Made by a program: the position numbers and the translations under genes
NCBI RefSeq assembly: GCF_006345805.1
Contig: NC_043007.1
Location: 59,706,001 to 59,770,000, forward strand
Direction of reading: 5' to 3'
From: Octopus sinensis
Lineage: Eukaryota
DNA length: 64,000 bases
Notes under the pieces: generated by a model
Database searches by the model: none
The model's input: only the letters and a program-made list of their open reading frames with translations
What the model was told of the DNA's origin: nothing
Shown: piece after piece, positions 26,800-39,927 of the stretch
How the letters are laid out: each line of letters opens with the position of its first letter
Numbering within the stretch: position 1 is the stretch's first letter

Positions 26800-27110
26800 A
26801 ACACTTAAGGGTGTCATATTCCTTAGAAAAGGTGACGAGGCTTAAGTCGAAGGCAACGGCAAGTGACCCGTTTTTCTATTTTGCATACTATTTCAGATTG
26901 GGAGAGGCAAGTGGACCTGAATGAGATAACTGTAATATCACCCCGTCTAGATATGTCCTTGCTTTCCAAGAGTACAAAAGCAATCATCGTGGTCGAACGT
27001 ACCCCAAGATGGTAAGAGTTTGCAAGCGGAGCCCTTCCGCTGGCGAAGCCTTCAGGCTAAGAGATGCTGATGACATGGAAGGGTTTCCAACATTGCAATA
27101 CATTTAGAAG
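26800..27110 (+). mobile_element. REL-endonuclease LINE (HERO/NeSL-like) C-terminal relic
   Basis: HTISDWERQVDL..EITVISPRLDMSLLSKSTKAIIVVERT..W resembles TA.DW...VDL..EI..T.LRPD..LWS.STK.V..VELTVPW. Confidence 0.5.
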
Positions 27111-27669
27111 AGCTTGCAAAATATTTTTTGAGCAACATTTGCAGCTTCTGCGTGTAGCAAAGCATCTCCGAAGTTTATTTCATCTTATTTTATGTTAGTG
27201 TTGCTGTGTATTACTGCTAGCCTATATTACTGTCTCTGTGCATTAGTGTTACGATATATTTTTGTGCTACTCTATATCAGTTTTACTGTATATTAGAGCT
27301 ATGATGTTTTAGTTTTATGACATAGTTTCAAAGCAAACTTAACTTCTCGTATAATACTCATACGTACATCTGTTTTATGAAATATACCAGTAAACTTACG
27401 TAAACGTAAAGTTTCGAAATGTTTACGTGCACGTCTCAAGCACACACAAGTACGCATACTCGTACATACACACTCACTCATGCAATTATAACATACAATC
27501 ACAGATATACACACAATTTATCCATGTATCTATTTTCTTATGCATGTTTCTATAAGGCATCACTGCCTATTACTCATGTTAGTGCGGCTGTATGTTAATA
27601 GAACTGTATATTTGTGTTACTCCATATTAGTTCTCCCTTATATTTCGCTACTCTATATTCTTTTCTACT

Positions 27670-28057
27670 CTAGGTACAAGGCACGAAATTTTTAGGGAGT
27701 GGGGCAGACGATTAGATCGACCTCAGCACGCAACAAGTACTTAATTTATCGACCCCAAAAGGATGAAAGACAAAGTCGATCTCGGCGGAATTTGAACTCA
27801 GAACAAGAAGACAGACGAAATACCTATTTCTTTACTACCCATAAGGGGCTACACACAGAGGGGAGAAACAAGGACAGACAAAGGGATTAAGTCGATTATA
27901 TCGACCCCAGTGCGTAACTGGTACTTATTTAATCGATCCCGAAAGGATGAAAGGCAAAGTCGACCTCGGCGGAATTTGAACTCACAACGTTGCGGCAGAC
28001 GAAATACCGCTAAGCATTTCGCCCGGCGTACTAACGTTTCTGCCAGCTCGCTGCCTT
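27670..28057 (-). mobile_element. SINE family B dimer
   Basis: Two units, junction at 27823/27824. Confidence 0.9.
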
Positions 28058-28090
28058 TCGCTACTCTGTATTAATGCTGCAGAATATCAT

Positions 28091-28224
28091 TCTTTTATTT
28101 GTTTCAGTCATTTGGCTGTGGCCATGCTGGAGCACCGCCTGTAGTCGAGCAAATCGACCCCAGGTCTTATTCTTTCTAAGACTAGTACTTATTCTATCGG
28201 TCTCTTTTGCCGAACCGATAAGTT
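28091..28224 (-). mobile_element. SINE family A, 3' part
   Basis: GTTTCAGTCATTTGGCTGTGGCCATGCTGGAGCACCGCC. Confidence 0.85.
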
Positions 28225-28278
28225 AGTGTTACTTCATATTACTATTACTGTATATTGGTTTCAGTATCAGAAAGTTCG

Positions 28279-28448
28279 GTGGAGGCGTAGGGTAAGTCGA
28301 TTGCATCGACCAGCTTTCAACTGATACTTATTTTATCGACCCCCGGAAGGATGAAAGGCAAAGAATTTGAACTCAGAACACGAGACGGACGAAATGCAGC
28401 GAAGCATTTTGCCCGACATGCTAACAAGTCTGCCAGCTCGCCGCCTTC
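28279..28448 (-). mobile_element. SINE family B
   Basis: Head and core, head-to-head with the 28471 copy. Confidence 0.8.
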
Positions 28449-28470
28449 AGTGCTATTGTATATCAGTGTA

Positions 28471-29053
28471 AAGCAGCGAGCTGGCAGAAACATTAGCACG
28501 CCGGGTGAAATGCGTAGCCGTATTTCGTCTGCCGTTACGTTCTGAGTTCAAATTCCACCGAGGTCGACTTTGCCTTTCATCCTTTCGGGGCCGATAAATT
28601 AAGTACCAGTTACGCACTGGAGTCGATGTAATCGACTTAATCCCTTTGTCTGTCCTTGTTTGTCCTCTCTGTGTGTAGCCCCTTGTGGGTAGTAAAGAAT
28701 TAGGTATTTCGTCTGTCTTCGTGTTCTGAGTTCAAATTCCGCCGAGGTTGACTTTGCCTTTCATCCTTTCGGGGTTGATAAATTAAGCACCAGTTATGCA
28801 CTGGGATCGATCTAATCGACTTAATCCCTTTGTCTGTCCTTTGTCCCCTCTATGTTTAGCCCCTTGTGGACAATAAAGAAATAAGAATCGTTACTGTGTC
28901 AGACAAAAAGCTTAGCATTTCTTCCGACCTTACGTTCTGAGTTCAAATGCTGCCGGTGTCGAATTTGCCTTTCATCCTTTCTGTATCAATGCAATAAGAG
29001 CCAGTTGAGCACATCTCCCGAAATTGCTGGCCTTGTGCCAAAATATGAAACCA
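28471..29053 (+). mobile_element. SINE family B trimer
   Basis: Units restart at 28704 and about 28886. Confidence 0.9.
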
Positions 29054-29664
29054 ACATTAGTGTTACTGTATTTTAATAGCATTTTTATGTTAGTGTTTCT
29101 ATATATCTGTGTAAATATATTTCTGCGTTACTGTATATTAATACTACAAGAAATTAGTGCAACTCTGTATAAGTAGGCGCGGTCTCAGGAATTTTTCGAA
29201 AGGAGGACACAAGTAAGAAGGGAATACAATTCCAGGAGAAAAGGGCATAATAACATTATTTAGAAGGGCGCACTCCTTTTCTTGAGAGAGGCACATGCTC
29301 CTCATCCCCCACCCCTGATAAGTCTTATTGTATGTTAGTATTACTACATATTAGTTGTACTGTATAACAGTGCTACTGTATTTTAGTAATACTGTATATT
29401 GGTGAGACTATATATTAGTATTACTACATATTTCTGCTGGATATTAGTGCTACTATATATGTGTCTTACGATGCGTTAGAGCAATGTTGGTTACTTGTAG
29501 AATAATTATGATACAGTTATAACTTAACGTGAAATATACCAGCAGAAGTACGTTAGACTGATTATACACACGCGCACAAACTCATTTACATAGTCCACAC
29601 TCACGAACACATTTATACACACTTGAACACACAAAGCGTACATTCACAGATACACGCACATCTG

Positions 29665-29725
<61 letters not shown>

Positions 29726-29751
29726 ATATCTATCTATCTATCTATCTATCT

Positions 29752-29805
<54 letters not shown>

Positions 29806-30400
29806 CAATCTAACTACCTTTTTACCTATATGCCCAACCCTCTGTATCTCTTTCCTTCCTTCTCTCTCTCTCTACCTGCCTGTTTATCTGTCTTTCTGTC
29901 TGTCAGTCTGTCTGTCTCTAAGACAAAAATACCTCTGCGCAAAATATATGCATAGAAGCACAGGTATACTCGTGTTACTCACTACTTCATTCTGCAATTC
30001 TGCATCCACAAGCTTGTGGTTTCAATCTCATTGCCAGGCATCGTAGGCATGTTTATTTCAACAATAAACGTTTTGATTAGAATATAGTCTGGCAATTATT
30101 GTGCAGTAGTCCATCTAATAAGCAGTGTTTTGTATGAAACCGTTTCTTATCCATGTGTTAAAGAGAGATCAATAAAATGTGTACCAGATTGAAATAAGTA
30201 CTGAGGTCAATATGACCGATCAAAATTTTCAGGTGGCGGTGCACCAGCTTCACCGCAATACAACTGATAAACAAGAAAAATAAATAAGCAAAAGAAACTA
30301 ACGAAAACATAAATATAATGACCAGTCATTTAAATAAAATATGGATTTCTCTTTCTTTTCTCTCTCTCTTTCTTTTCCATCTCTCTCTCTATATATACAT

Positions 30401-30659
30401 AGCGTGGCTGTGTGGTAAGAAGCTTGCTTCCCAACCACCGTGGGCAAGTATGTCCTACTATAGCCTCGGGCCGACCAAAGCCTTGTGAGTGGATTTGATA
30501 GACGGAAACTGAAAGAAGCCTGTCGTATATCGCAACTAATACTACGGAATTCCTGACGTAGATCCAGCAGATATATACCTCAACCGTGGGTAACACTAGG
30601 TAGCCCAAACTGTGAACGTGCTTTACTCAACACACTAATTGACACATACCCATTAGTCC

Positions 30660-30698
<39 letters not shown>

Positions 30699-30705
30699 CA
30701 CACAC

Positions 30706-30738
<33 letters not shown>

Positions 30739-31027
30739 TGTATGTATGTATGTATGTATGTATGTATGTATGTGTGTGTGTGTATATGTGTGTATCTTTG
30801 TGTCTGTCGTTGTCCCCCTTCCACTGCTTCAAGCTGTTGTTGGTGTGCTTACGTCCCCGTAACTTAGCGGTTCGGCAAAAGAAATTGATAGAATAAATAC
30901 TAAGCTTAAAAAAGAAACAAGTCCAGGGGTCGATGATTCGATTTGTTCAACTAAAACCCTTCAAGGCGATGCCTAGGGATGGCCGCAATCTAATGACTGT
31001 AACAAGCAAGAGGTAAAAGATAAAAGA
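30401..31027 (+). mobile_element. SINE family A interrupted at its internal microsatellite
   Basis: Head 30401-30527, unrelated about 130-bp insert, microsatellite, then 3' body to 31027. Confidence 0.8.
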
Positions 31028-31748
31028 AAGACATGTATACATATGTATGTGTATATATCGGTATGTATGTATGTGTGCCTTATAGTATTTATATGTATGT
31101 ATGTAAGTATGTATATATGTATTTATGTATGTATGTATGCTTACATGTGCTTCATAAAAGTTATGCATTCATATAATATTATGTGTAACATATTGTAAAT
31201 ATAAACACTCATATTTTTATATGAACATATATACACTTGCATTTATTTACATGTATGAATGTACGTATCGTACGCGCATGTGTACGCGAGATTGTGTGTG
31301 TGTGTTTACGTATTTGTACGTGTGTGTGTGGTGTGTGTGTGTGTGTGTGTGTATTTGTGCGTAAATCCTCCCATTTTCTCTGAACCGAATCTGTTCGTTG
31401 TTTTTATGAATCCTTGCTTCCGCGAAGAACGACTAATTCCCTCCGAAATTAGAGCTCATCTGTTATTTTCAAATGATTAACAGCACCGCTTTATTGATTT
31501 TTATTCATCGATCCTTCTCACTCACGTATTCATAAGTATCGATTTTTATTATCCTCTGTTTATATCAAGCTTTTATGTGTTCACCATTGGCAAAACACTA
31601 AATAGTAAATATGCACCACATTTTTTTCCTTCTCGCTATATCATCTTGTTAATGCATTATGTACACACGCATATGTGTGTGTTTATGTATGGATGTGTGT
31701 GATTGCATGCATATGTATGTGCATGTATGTGTGTGTGCGCGCGTGCGC

Positions 31749-31780
<32 letters not shown>

Positions 31781-32314
31781 CATACATACAAGCATAATAC
31801 ATATGTATATTGATCCTTATTAATGTATGTGTATACATACACACATAATAATGCCTATATCGATTGGTATTTATGAATGCATATGTGTGTGTGTATATAT
31901 AAATGTGTTTGTATATATATATACATATACACATATGTATGTATGTATGTGTGTAAGTATGTATGTATGTAAGTATGTATATGAACTTACATATGTTTAT
32001 GCATTTATCCATGTGTATATATCTGTATATATATATAAAGGGACAGATAGAAAGAAAAAGATAGAGACAGTCACAGGGACAGACAGACAAACAGACAGAC
32101 TGACAAATAAGTTGATATATAGATATATGGAATGCACAATAATGAAAAACACAATCTTAGAAATAGTATTGAAAGCACAGTATTAATATGTTACTTGTCG
32201 TTTCCTTATAAATTGACCGACATGTTTCACCTATTTCTCTTCAGAGCACTGAATTTCTAACTTATATAATTTTAAGAGTTAAATTAAAAATACACAGCGC
32301 CATTTCATCCATCT

Positions 32315-32455
32315 TCTGAGTTCAAATTACGCCGAGGTTGACTTTGCCTTTCATCCTTCGGGATCGATAAAATAAGTATCAGTTAAGCACTAGAGTCGAT
32401 GTAATCCACTTACTCCTTCCCCGAACTTGTTAGCCTTGAGCCAAAATTTGAACCC
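32315..32455 (+). mobile_element. SINE family B, partial
   Basis: TCTGAGTTCAAATTACGCCGAGGTTGACTTTGCC core. Confidence 0.75.
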
Positions 32456-34367
32456 ATTTTGTTGCTGTTGTTGTTGTTGTTGTTGCATTTCTTCAATGCA
32501 AAAAGCTCTAGTTTAATAAATTTGAATTCACACGCGAATTACATTTTGTAGATGTAATTACAACGAGCGCTCATTCTTTGTTGGAATGGATCCAAGACGT
32601 TATAAATAGATTTTGCAAGACATGTAAGACTTTTGATCTTAGCATTAGTATAAAAAGAAGACTGAACCTCTTTCTAAACGAAGTTTAAACGCCCTAACAG
32701 TGAAGCACAATCATAAAAATCGGTATCCTAATTAAAACCGTCATGGCTTCACGATAATCTCAAATACTGTAGAGCTAAAAGTGAAATCACTTTGTGTCTT
32801 GGAAAAATCAGAATTGTCTAACGTATATTTATTCCATTACCTTTGCCTCATTTAAAACAAAATTCGAGTCTATCAAGTAGCTTGTGGATGTGAAACATGG
32901 AAACTATACAGGAATCCAATCAACCTGTCTGCACTCAATGTGCAACACTTCATAAGGCGGTGAGCTGACAGAATTGTTCTGTATCGGACAAAATTCTTAG
33001 CGGTATTTCTTTCGACTTTACGTTCTGAGTTCCAAGAAAAGTAAATAGTGTTTCTCGGCCCCCAAAAGTAAATAATATTAGTAGTGTTAATAAAATTAAC
33101 AAAAACAAATAAAGTTAAACTTTGGAGTTCCATGTGTGATTACGCCCTTACATTTTAGCTTTCGTGTGTCAATAGCTTTTATGTTATTAGCATGAAGGTG
33201 GGCCTTGGATCTGCAGCAGAACTGTTAGATCTGATGGAAGACCACTACTGTGCGATAAAGATGAGAATTTTTAAAAAATGTCTGAACTACACACAACCGT
33301 TATCAGGCATGGTGTAATGAATGCTTTAATAAAGTTTATCATTTCGAGAGAAAGAGTTTGGAGCGTAAGAAGCAAAAGACATTCCATACTACCAGTGGGA
33401 AATTATCTGTTAGTCCTGTCAGTTCTGCTGCAGGTCCAATGCCCGCGTTGATGCTCGTAACAAAAACGTGGGATATTGACACACATAAGCTAAAATGTAA
33501 CAGAGTAATCATACATGACACTCCATAATTTAACTTTATTTGCTTTTGTTAATTTTTGTTAAGTAGATTGTTTAGAAGCCCTATTTGAAAAGGAATTCAG
33601 GTGTGCGAAGTTGCGCGGCTGATGTCGATCGTGCTCCGAGTGTAGACTCTAGCCTGGGTGGAACGTGGGGGTTGTATACTTATATACAACGTCAAAGCAC
33701 AAGCAGTTGCCATTCAGAAAGCAATTTTGCGTAACCCAACACATGTTTTCCTACTATCGTGGTCTATACTATCATTCATCATATAAGTACTGACAAGGTG
33801 GAAGGATTCTGCATATTTAGGGAGAAGTTGGGCAGTTGTTATGGATGGTATTAAATCCGGAGTCGAAGCAATTTGCATTGAAGAGTCCGCACTTCGAAGG
33901 TCAACAGTAGAGTCGACATTACAGGTAAGGTTGGATGATGTATCAGTGGTAGAATACTCCAAAAGTAAGTGTGGGTTTAAAGCGTCCGTAGTGGTATCAA
34001 AGACAGGGATAATGACCCGAATTCGCTTCACTGTAGTTAGAGGTCCTAATGAGGCTACTCTGACGGATGTTAGTGGTGACCAGGCAAGGATATTGCGAAG
34101 GTAAAAGGCAGGGTTGTCCAGGATTACGGTGGTACAATTAACACGGTTAAGATGGAAACCTGATTAGCAGTTCTCAGGGCTTGTAATTAGGGAGTCGAGC
34201 TGACACGTATTATAACCGGCTATTATAGATCCATCCATCCATCCATCCATCCATCCATCCATACATACAATCAATCATACATACATATATACATACATAT
34301 AAAAATATGTACATGCATATATATCTATATCTATATCTATATCTATCTATCTATCTATCTATCTATC

Positions 34368-34408
<41 letters not shown>

Positions 34409-34442
34409 CTATCTATCTATCTATCTAACTAACTAACTATAT

Positions 34443-34542
<100 letters not shown>

Positions 34543-34588
34543 GATAGATAGATAGATAGAAGATAGATAGATAGATAGATAGATAGAT

Positions 34589-34621
<33 letters not shown>

Positions 34622-34660
34622 AGATGATAGATAGATAGATATAGATAGATAGATAGATAT

Positions 34661-34935
34661 GTTTCTTTATTGGCTACTCAGGGATGAACACAGAGGGGAC
34701 AAAATACAAAGTAGAGCTTTTGTTTTGGGGAAGAGGAAGGAAAGAAAGAAAAAAGGTGGGGTAGATATTTGATCAAAAGAGATTGTAAAAAAAAAGGACG
34801 ATCAATAGGGATCGTGTATCACAGCAATTTCATCGTATAAAAGGTAAAACAGATTTGGCTTATCCATAAAAAAAAAGCTTACGGAAAACACCACAGCAGC
34901 CATGACCAATTGTCATAAAAAAAACACATTACAGT
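34661..34935 (-). mobile_element. Retroelement 3' end (LINE-like) with AATAAA and (ATCT)n tail
   Basis: Reverse complement ends TTGTCCCCTCTGTGTTCATCCCTGAGTAGCCAATAAAGAAAC followed by (ATCT)n. Confidence 0.5.
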
Positions 34936-34942
34936 AAGTGAC

Positions 34943-35037
<95 letters not shown>

Positions 35038-35336
35038 TAGATAATATAATGAAGATACCGTTGAATTAGATACCTAAATTGAGGCACCTTGCTAGGTCAA
35101 TATAAATCTGCACACTCAAACACCATTAATTGAATATTGAATATTGAATATCAAGACTCCGTGCATGGGTCTTCGTACCTGATATTCCTGCCGCGTGTGC
35201 AGGAACTCAGCTAAGTGAAAGATATCAGCGCTTGGTAATTCTGGCATGTAGTTTTTATAAAGGTACTTTCCATAGTCTTTCCGAAGTGCAGATTCGAAGT
35301 TAGGTGAATAAAATATAAATGAATAACAAAGATGTA

Positions 35337-35575
35337 CAGATGTCAATTCATTACGGCCGTTTCAAGCGACCCCATTAATTGATAATGAAAACACTACATC
35401 ATTTGAAAGAAACCGTTCTCGTCAAATGACCGTATAGACTTCAAACATAAAGGATACAGCGTTTTCTTTAACATATTAACATCGATAATAGAACTCAAAA
35501 TATTTACAATGTAAATATGTTTTCAATAATCTATTAAAGGAGTCGCTTGAAACGGTCATGATGAATTGATACCTG
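35337..35575. mobile_element. Tc1/mariner-type MITE
   Basis: About 37-bp imperfect TIRs (CAGATGTCAATTCATTACGGCCGTTTCAAGCGAC..) with TA on both sides. Confidence 0.8.
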
Positions 35576-35591
35576 TACATTATTGTTACTC

Positions 35592-35682
<91 letters not shown>

Positions 35683-35695
35683 GATAGATATAGAT

Positions 35696-35761
<66 letters not shown>

Positions 35762-36209
35762 TGATTGATTGATTGATTGATAGCTAGATATAGATAGATA
35801 GACTAACAGACAGACTGACAGACAGAGAGATAGATAGGTAGATAGATATATTAACATACACAAGAGAGTTAGTGAGAGGTGTAGAAAGAGAGACATGACA
35901 GGTATCAAAGAAAAATTGCCTTACACTGTGAAGTGTCTTTGTTAATATCAGAAATGAGAGAAATTATTGAAGCAATCATAATACAAAAACATATTTCGTA
36001 AGAAATTGGGTTTTCACAAAGTAAAGTGTTTCATCTAGCTTGGAATTGTTAAAAAAACTGCATTAGTAAACCTCTGGAGGCAACGAAACAATTGCATTTT
36101 AAATTGCAACGGTTCTTGCAGACAGTGCCGTCACATGGCTAATATGACTTAAAGAATTGCAGATGTTTAGCGCATTTCAATATGCTTGTTCTTTTTATTT
36201 GCAATGTCA

Positions 36210-36305
<96 letters not shown>

Positions 36306-36775
36306 TTACATTTCTGAGGATTTATCCGTCTCGAACCCACAAGTATATGTCTGATATATATATATACATATTTGTTTATTTTATGTAAAAGCATACATAT
36401 ATACGTATAAACTTTCCTACACACACACAAACACATATAAACACTGTATATGTGTGCACGCACGTGTTGTGAAAGGACGTGTTCTGGTGTTTAGGGTATT
36501 GGTCTTGCAGTTAATTATAAGTTCGCATTGTGTCCTTGAGTAAGGCAGTTCATTTCTTGCTGCCACAGTCTACTCGGCAGAAAGCGAGTACCAACCCTTT
36601 CTTTTTCCACCTGTCACATTCTTGATATGACTCTGCATCAAGAGTGGGAGAAACTAAATTACGTCTGTGTCTACTCGCGACTATATTAACTCCTGAAACA
36701 GTTAGCAAATGTGCGGTACATGTTCCGGGAACATACTCGCTTGCGCGTGACGCTTACACTTATATGCATACGCAC

Positions 36776-36806
<31 letters not shown>

Positions 36807-37021
36807 TGTATGTATGTATGTATGTATGTATGAGTGTATGTATGTATGAGTGTATGTATGTATCTATGAGTGTATGTATGCAAGTATGCATGTGTGTATG
36901 TGTGTATGTATGTATATATATACACACACACGTACATACATTAAACATATACATTAAATATATATATATATATACTTAATGCAGGTAGGTATGTGTATGT
37001 ATACATATATACATTTATATA

Positions 37022-37570
37022 TTGAGTCATCCCATAAATAATGCAGTTTTTTTATACTTCTTTTTTTTTCAAAATTAAAGATAAACAAAGTTCTTTTTTT
37101 AATTGAAAATATACTCTCCTTTATTTTCTACAATGCTCTTCCATCTATCTGGTAGACTTGTAAGGCCCCTCTTCCAAAATTCACTTGTCCGTGATGAAAA
37201 ATACTCTTCCAGTACTATTCAGACCTCGTCTACAGATTTCTTATTTTTTCCGTCCAAATGATTTTGAAGACTGCGGAAGAAATGATAATCAGATAGGGCA
37301 ATGTCCGGCGAATATGTTGGGTGGGACATCGTTACCCATTCAAACTGCTCCAGCTTTTTCTTCTAGCGCTGACTTAAGCCATTCAAGCTGCTTGTATTAC
37401 ATCTCCTTTGTTATTGTTTGGTTTGGGTTTAAAAGTTCAAAGTGGAATAAACCTTTCATATCCCACCAAACAGATAACAACACCTTCCGTGGGTGAAGAC
37501 TTTCTTTAGCCTGGGGTACCGATGTTTCTCCTTTCCCTACCCACTGTCTTCGGCGCTTTACAATTGTAGC
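37022..37570 (-). mobile_element. Mariner 3' part with right TIR (same family as 51712-52506)
   Basis: VKRRRQWVGKGET..KVLLSVWWDMKG..HPTYSPDIALSDYHFFRSLQNHL..LPDRWKSIVENKGEYI; TIR TTGAGTCATCCCATAAATAATGC after TA; second-D region deleted. Confidence 0.9.
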
Positions 37571-37829
37571 GATGCTTCATTCACTAACTGAAGTGAGCAA
37601 ATAACAACATGACCGCCCCAAATCAGCAATTTTAGCGAAACACCACTTTATGTATGATGTGATCCAGACTGCAAAATTGATGCAACACAATATGATGCGC
37701 AACATCCCACTAATACGTGTTTTAGCTTCGTTACTATAGCAACAGTCCGGATACTGATTCATCAGACCACTTATATATGTGTGGGGTAGCGTGAAGGTGG
37801 GTGTATCTTATGAGTTTGCACTGATTTTC

Positions 37830-38413
37830 GACACAATCAAGGAGATCTTGTGCAGCTGAAACCTGAATGTCTTCTTGGTCAGCTGAAAGCGGTTTTTGGC
37901 ACAAACTTGGCAGATACTCGTCTCATACTTAAATCTTCAGTGATAGTGGACTGAACTGAATCGTAACTAATCTGCACACCCTCTGATAACTCACGGATGG
38001 TGATTCGACGATATCCCTTCGCAGTTGTATGCACATCTGCGATGTTTTTCTCAGTTCTGCTTGTTGCGGGTCACCCAAAGCGTTCGTCAATATCGACATT
38101 TTTCGGCCATCTTGGAAACGTCTGAAACACTAGTACACTTTTGTGCAACACATACACAATCTGCAACTTTATGTAAGCCTCTGAGCAGTTATCAACTTGA
38201 AAACTTTTTTCTGTCATGGTCAATGCGACGATCTCACATTACACACCTGCCTTGAAAGCACTGCAGTCAACAGCGGAAGTAAGTTAGAACGCTAAAACTT
38301 AGTGCATATGCACAGCAGAGTTCAAGGCCAATTTGTGCCGAACGATTTTACTCTGTGTGCTTTAGCTTCGGTACTATGGCAACAGTTCGGATACTTATTG
38401 ATCAGACCTCGTA
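37830..38413 (-). mobile_element. Second mariner family, 5' part with left TIR
   Basis: RFQDGRKNVDIDERFG*PATSRT..RRITIRELSE..EDLSMRRVSAKFVPK; TIR TACGAGGTCTGATCAATAAGTATCCG at 38388-38413. Confidence 0.85.
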
Positions 38414-38527
38414 CATACATACATGCATACATACATATATACATACATGCGTACATGCATACGTACATACATACATACATACATACATACATGCATACAT
38501 GCATACATACATACATACATACATACA

Positions 38528-38563
<36 letters not shown>

Positions 38564-38699
38564 TACATACATACATACATATATACATACATGCGCACAT
38601 GCATACATACATTTTGTAGACTACATGGTCAATTAAAATTGAACATTTTACACGTGAGTCCACTTTCACATCACTGCCATCTTTATTCCTCGCCTGACA

Positions 38700-38730
<31 letters not shown>

Positions 38731-39352
38731 GATGGCTGTTCGTCTCGTTTGACGAGCATGGCCATCATTATCAAGCTATCTTTTTTCAGTGACCATCGGA
38801 CCTGCAATGTCTCTTAAATCCGGAAAGTAACGATATTTTTTGTTATGGCATTGGTATTCATATTTTGTAACTGAGTGCTCATTCTGTACAGCACCTTGAT
38901 TTTGTGAGGCACTTTTCATGTGTCAGGTAAGACCAAATCAGCTGGAAAATTCCCTACCATATAGATCGGATGCATACACACGCATGCATATATACTACAG
39001 ACATACATATACATGTGTTTGTGTGTGCGCCCGCGTGTGTGTGTATGCATATGTGTATATATGCATATGTGTATATATGCATATGTATATGTGTGTGTAT
39101 GTATGGATATCTGTATGTTTATGAAAGTGTATATGAATGTATGGATGCATGTACGAACGTATGGATGGTTTATTGAAACTGAATTATTATCTTGCAACCC
39201 GACTTTCCCGCCATTGCGGTGTTCAGGCGAGGAATGAAGGAAGATGGCAGTGGTGTGAAAGTGGACTCACGTGTAAAATGTTCAATTTTAATTGACCATG
39301 TAGTCTACAAAATGTATTGAACATTCTCTCATTGTTCAACATAGGTATGCAA

Positions 39353-39395
<43 letters not shown>

Positions 39396-39895
39396 TATGC
39401 ACGCACGCACACACACGCACGCACACACACTCACACACACACACGCACAAACACACATATTCTTTTATGCGTTTTAACCCAACGGTTGTGGCTATGCTTG
39501 GACTCCCCCAGTATTATCCCTTTTAAATGGCAATTCTTGATTGACCTTTTTCTGATGTATCTATGTATATATATATATTCATATATATAAATGTATCTGT
39601 GTGTGTGTGTGTGTATATGTCTGTGTGTGTGTATGTCTGTGTGTGTATATAAGTCGTCTAAGAGTCAAGAAAAATGTGCTCGTATATCTATCATATAGAG
39701 TGAATACATTAACCGAAGTGCACAGTATTATATATCCCTTACGGCCAATCTTAGCAAGCAGTTTCGCACTAGGGGTTCAATGGAGTGTTAGGTAACAGTC
39801 CGATTATATAACACTGTCCTCTTCAGAGGTAGCCTCGGAAACCGATTGCTAAGATCGGCCGTAATGGATATATAATACTGAACATTTTGATTAAC

Positions 39896-39927
<32 letters not shown>

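Noticed and set aside
26897-27011. Apparent exon (TTTCAG|..ATG|GTAAGA)
   Set aside because: The open frame continues across both putative splice sites as a REL-endonuclease LINE-like sequence, so a TE relic explains it better.
27670-29053. Regularly spaced repeats resembling a CRISPR-like array
   Set aside because: The units are whole SINE bodies of about 180 bp with no unique spacers; the context is eukaryotic.
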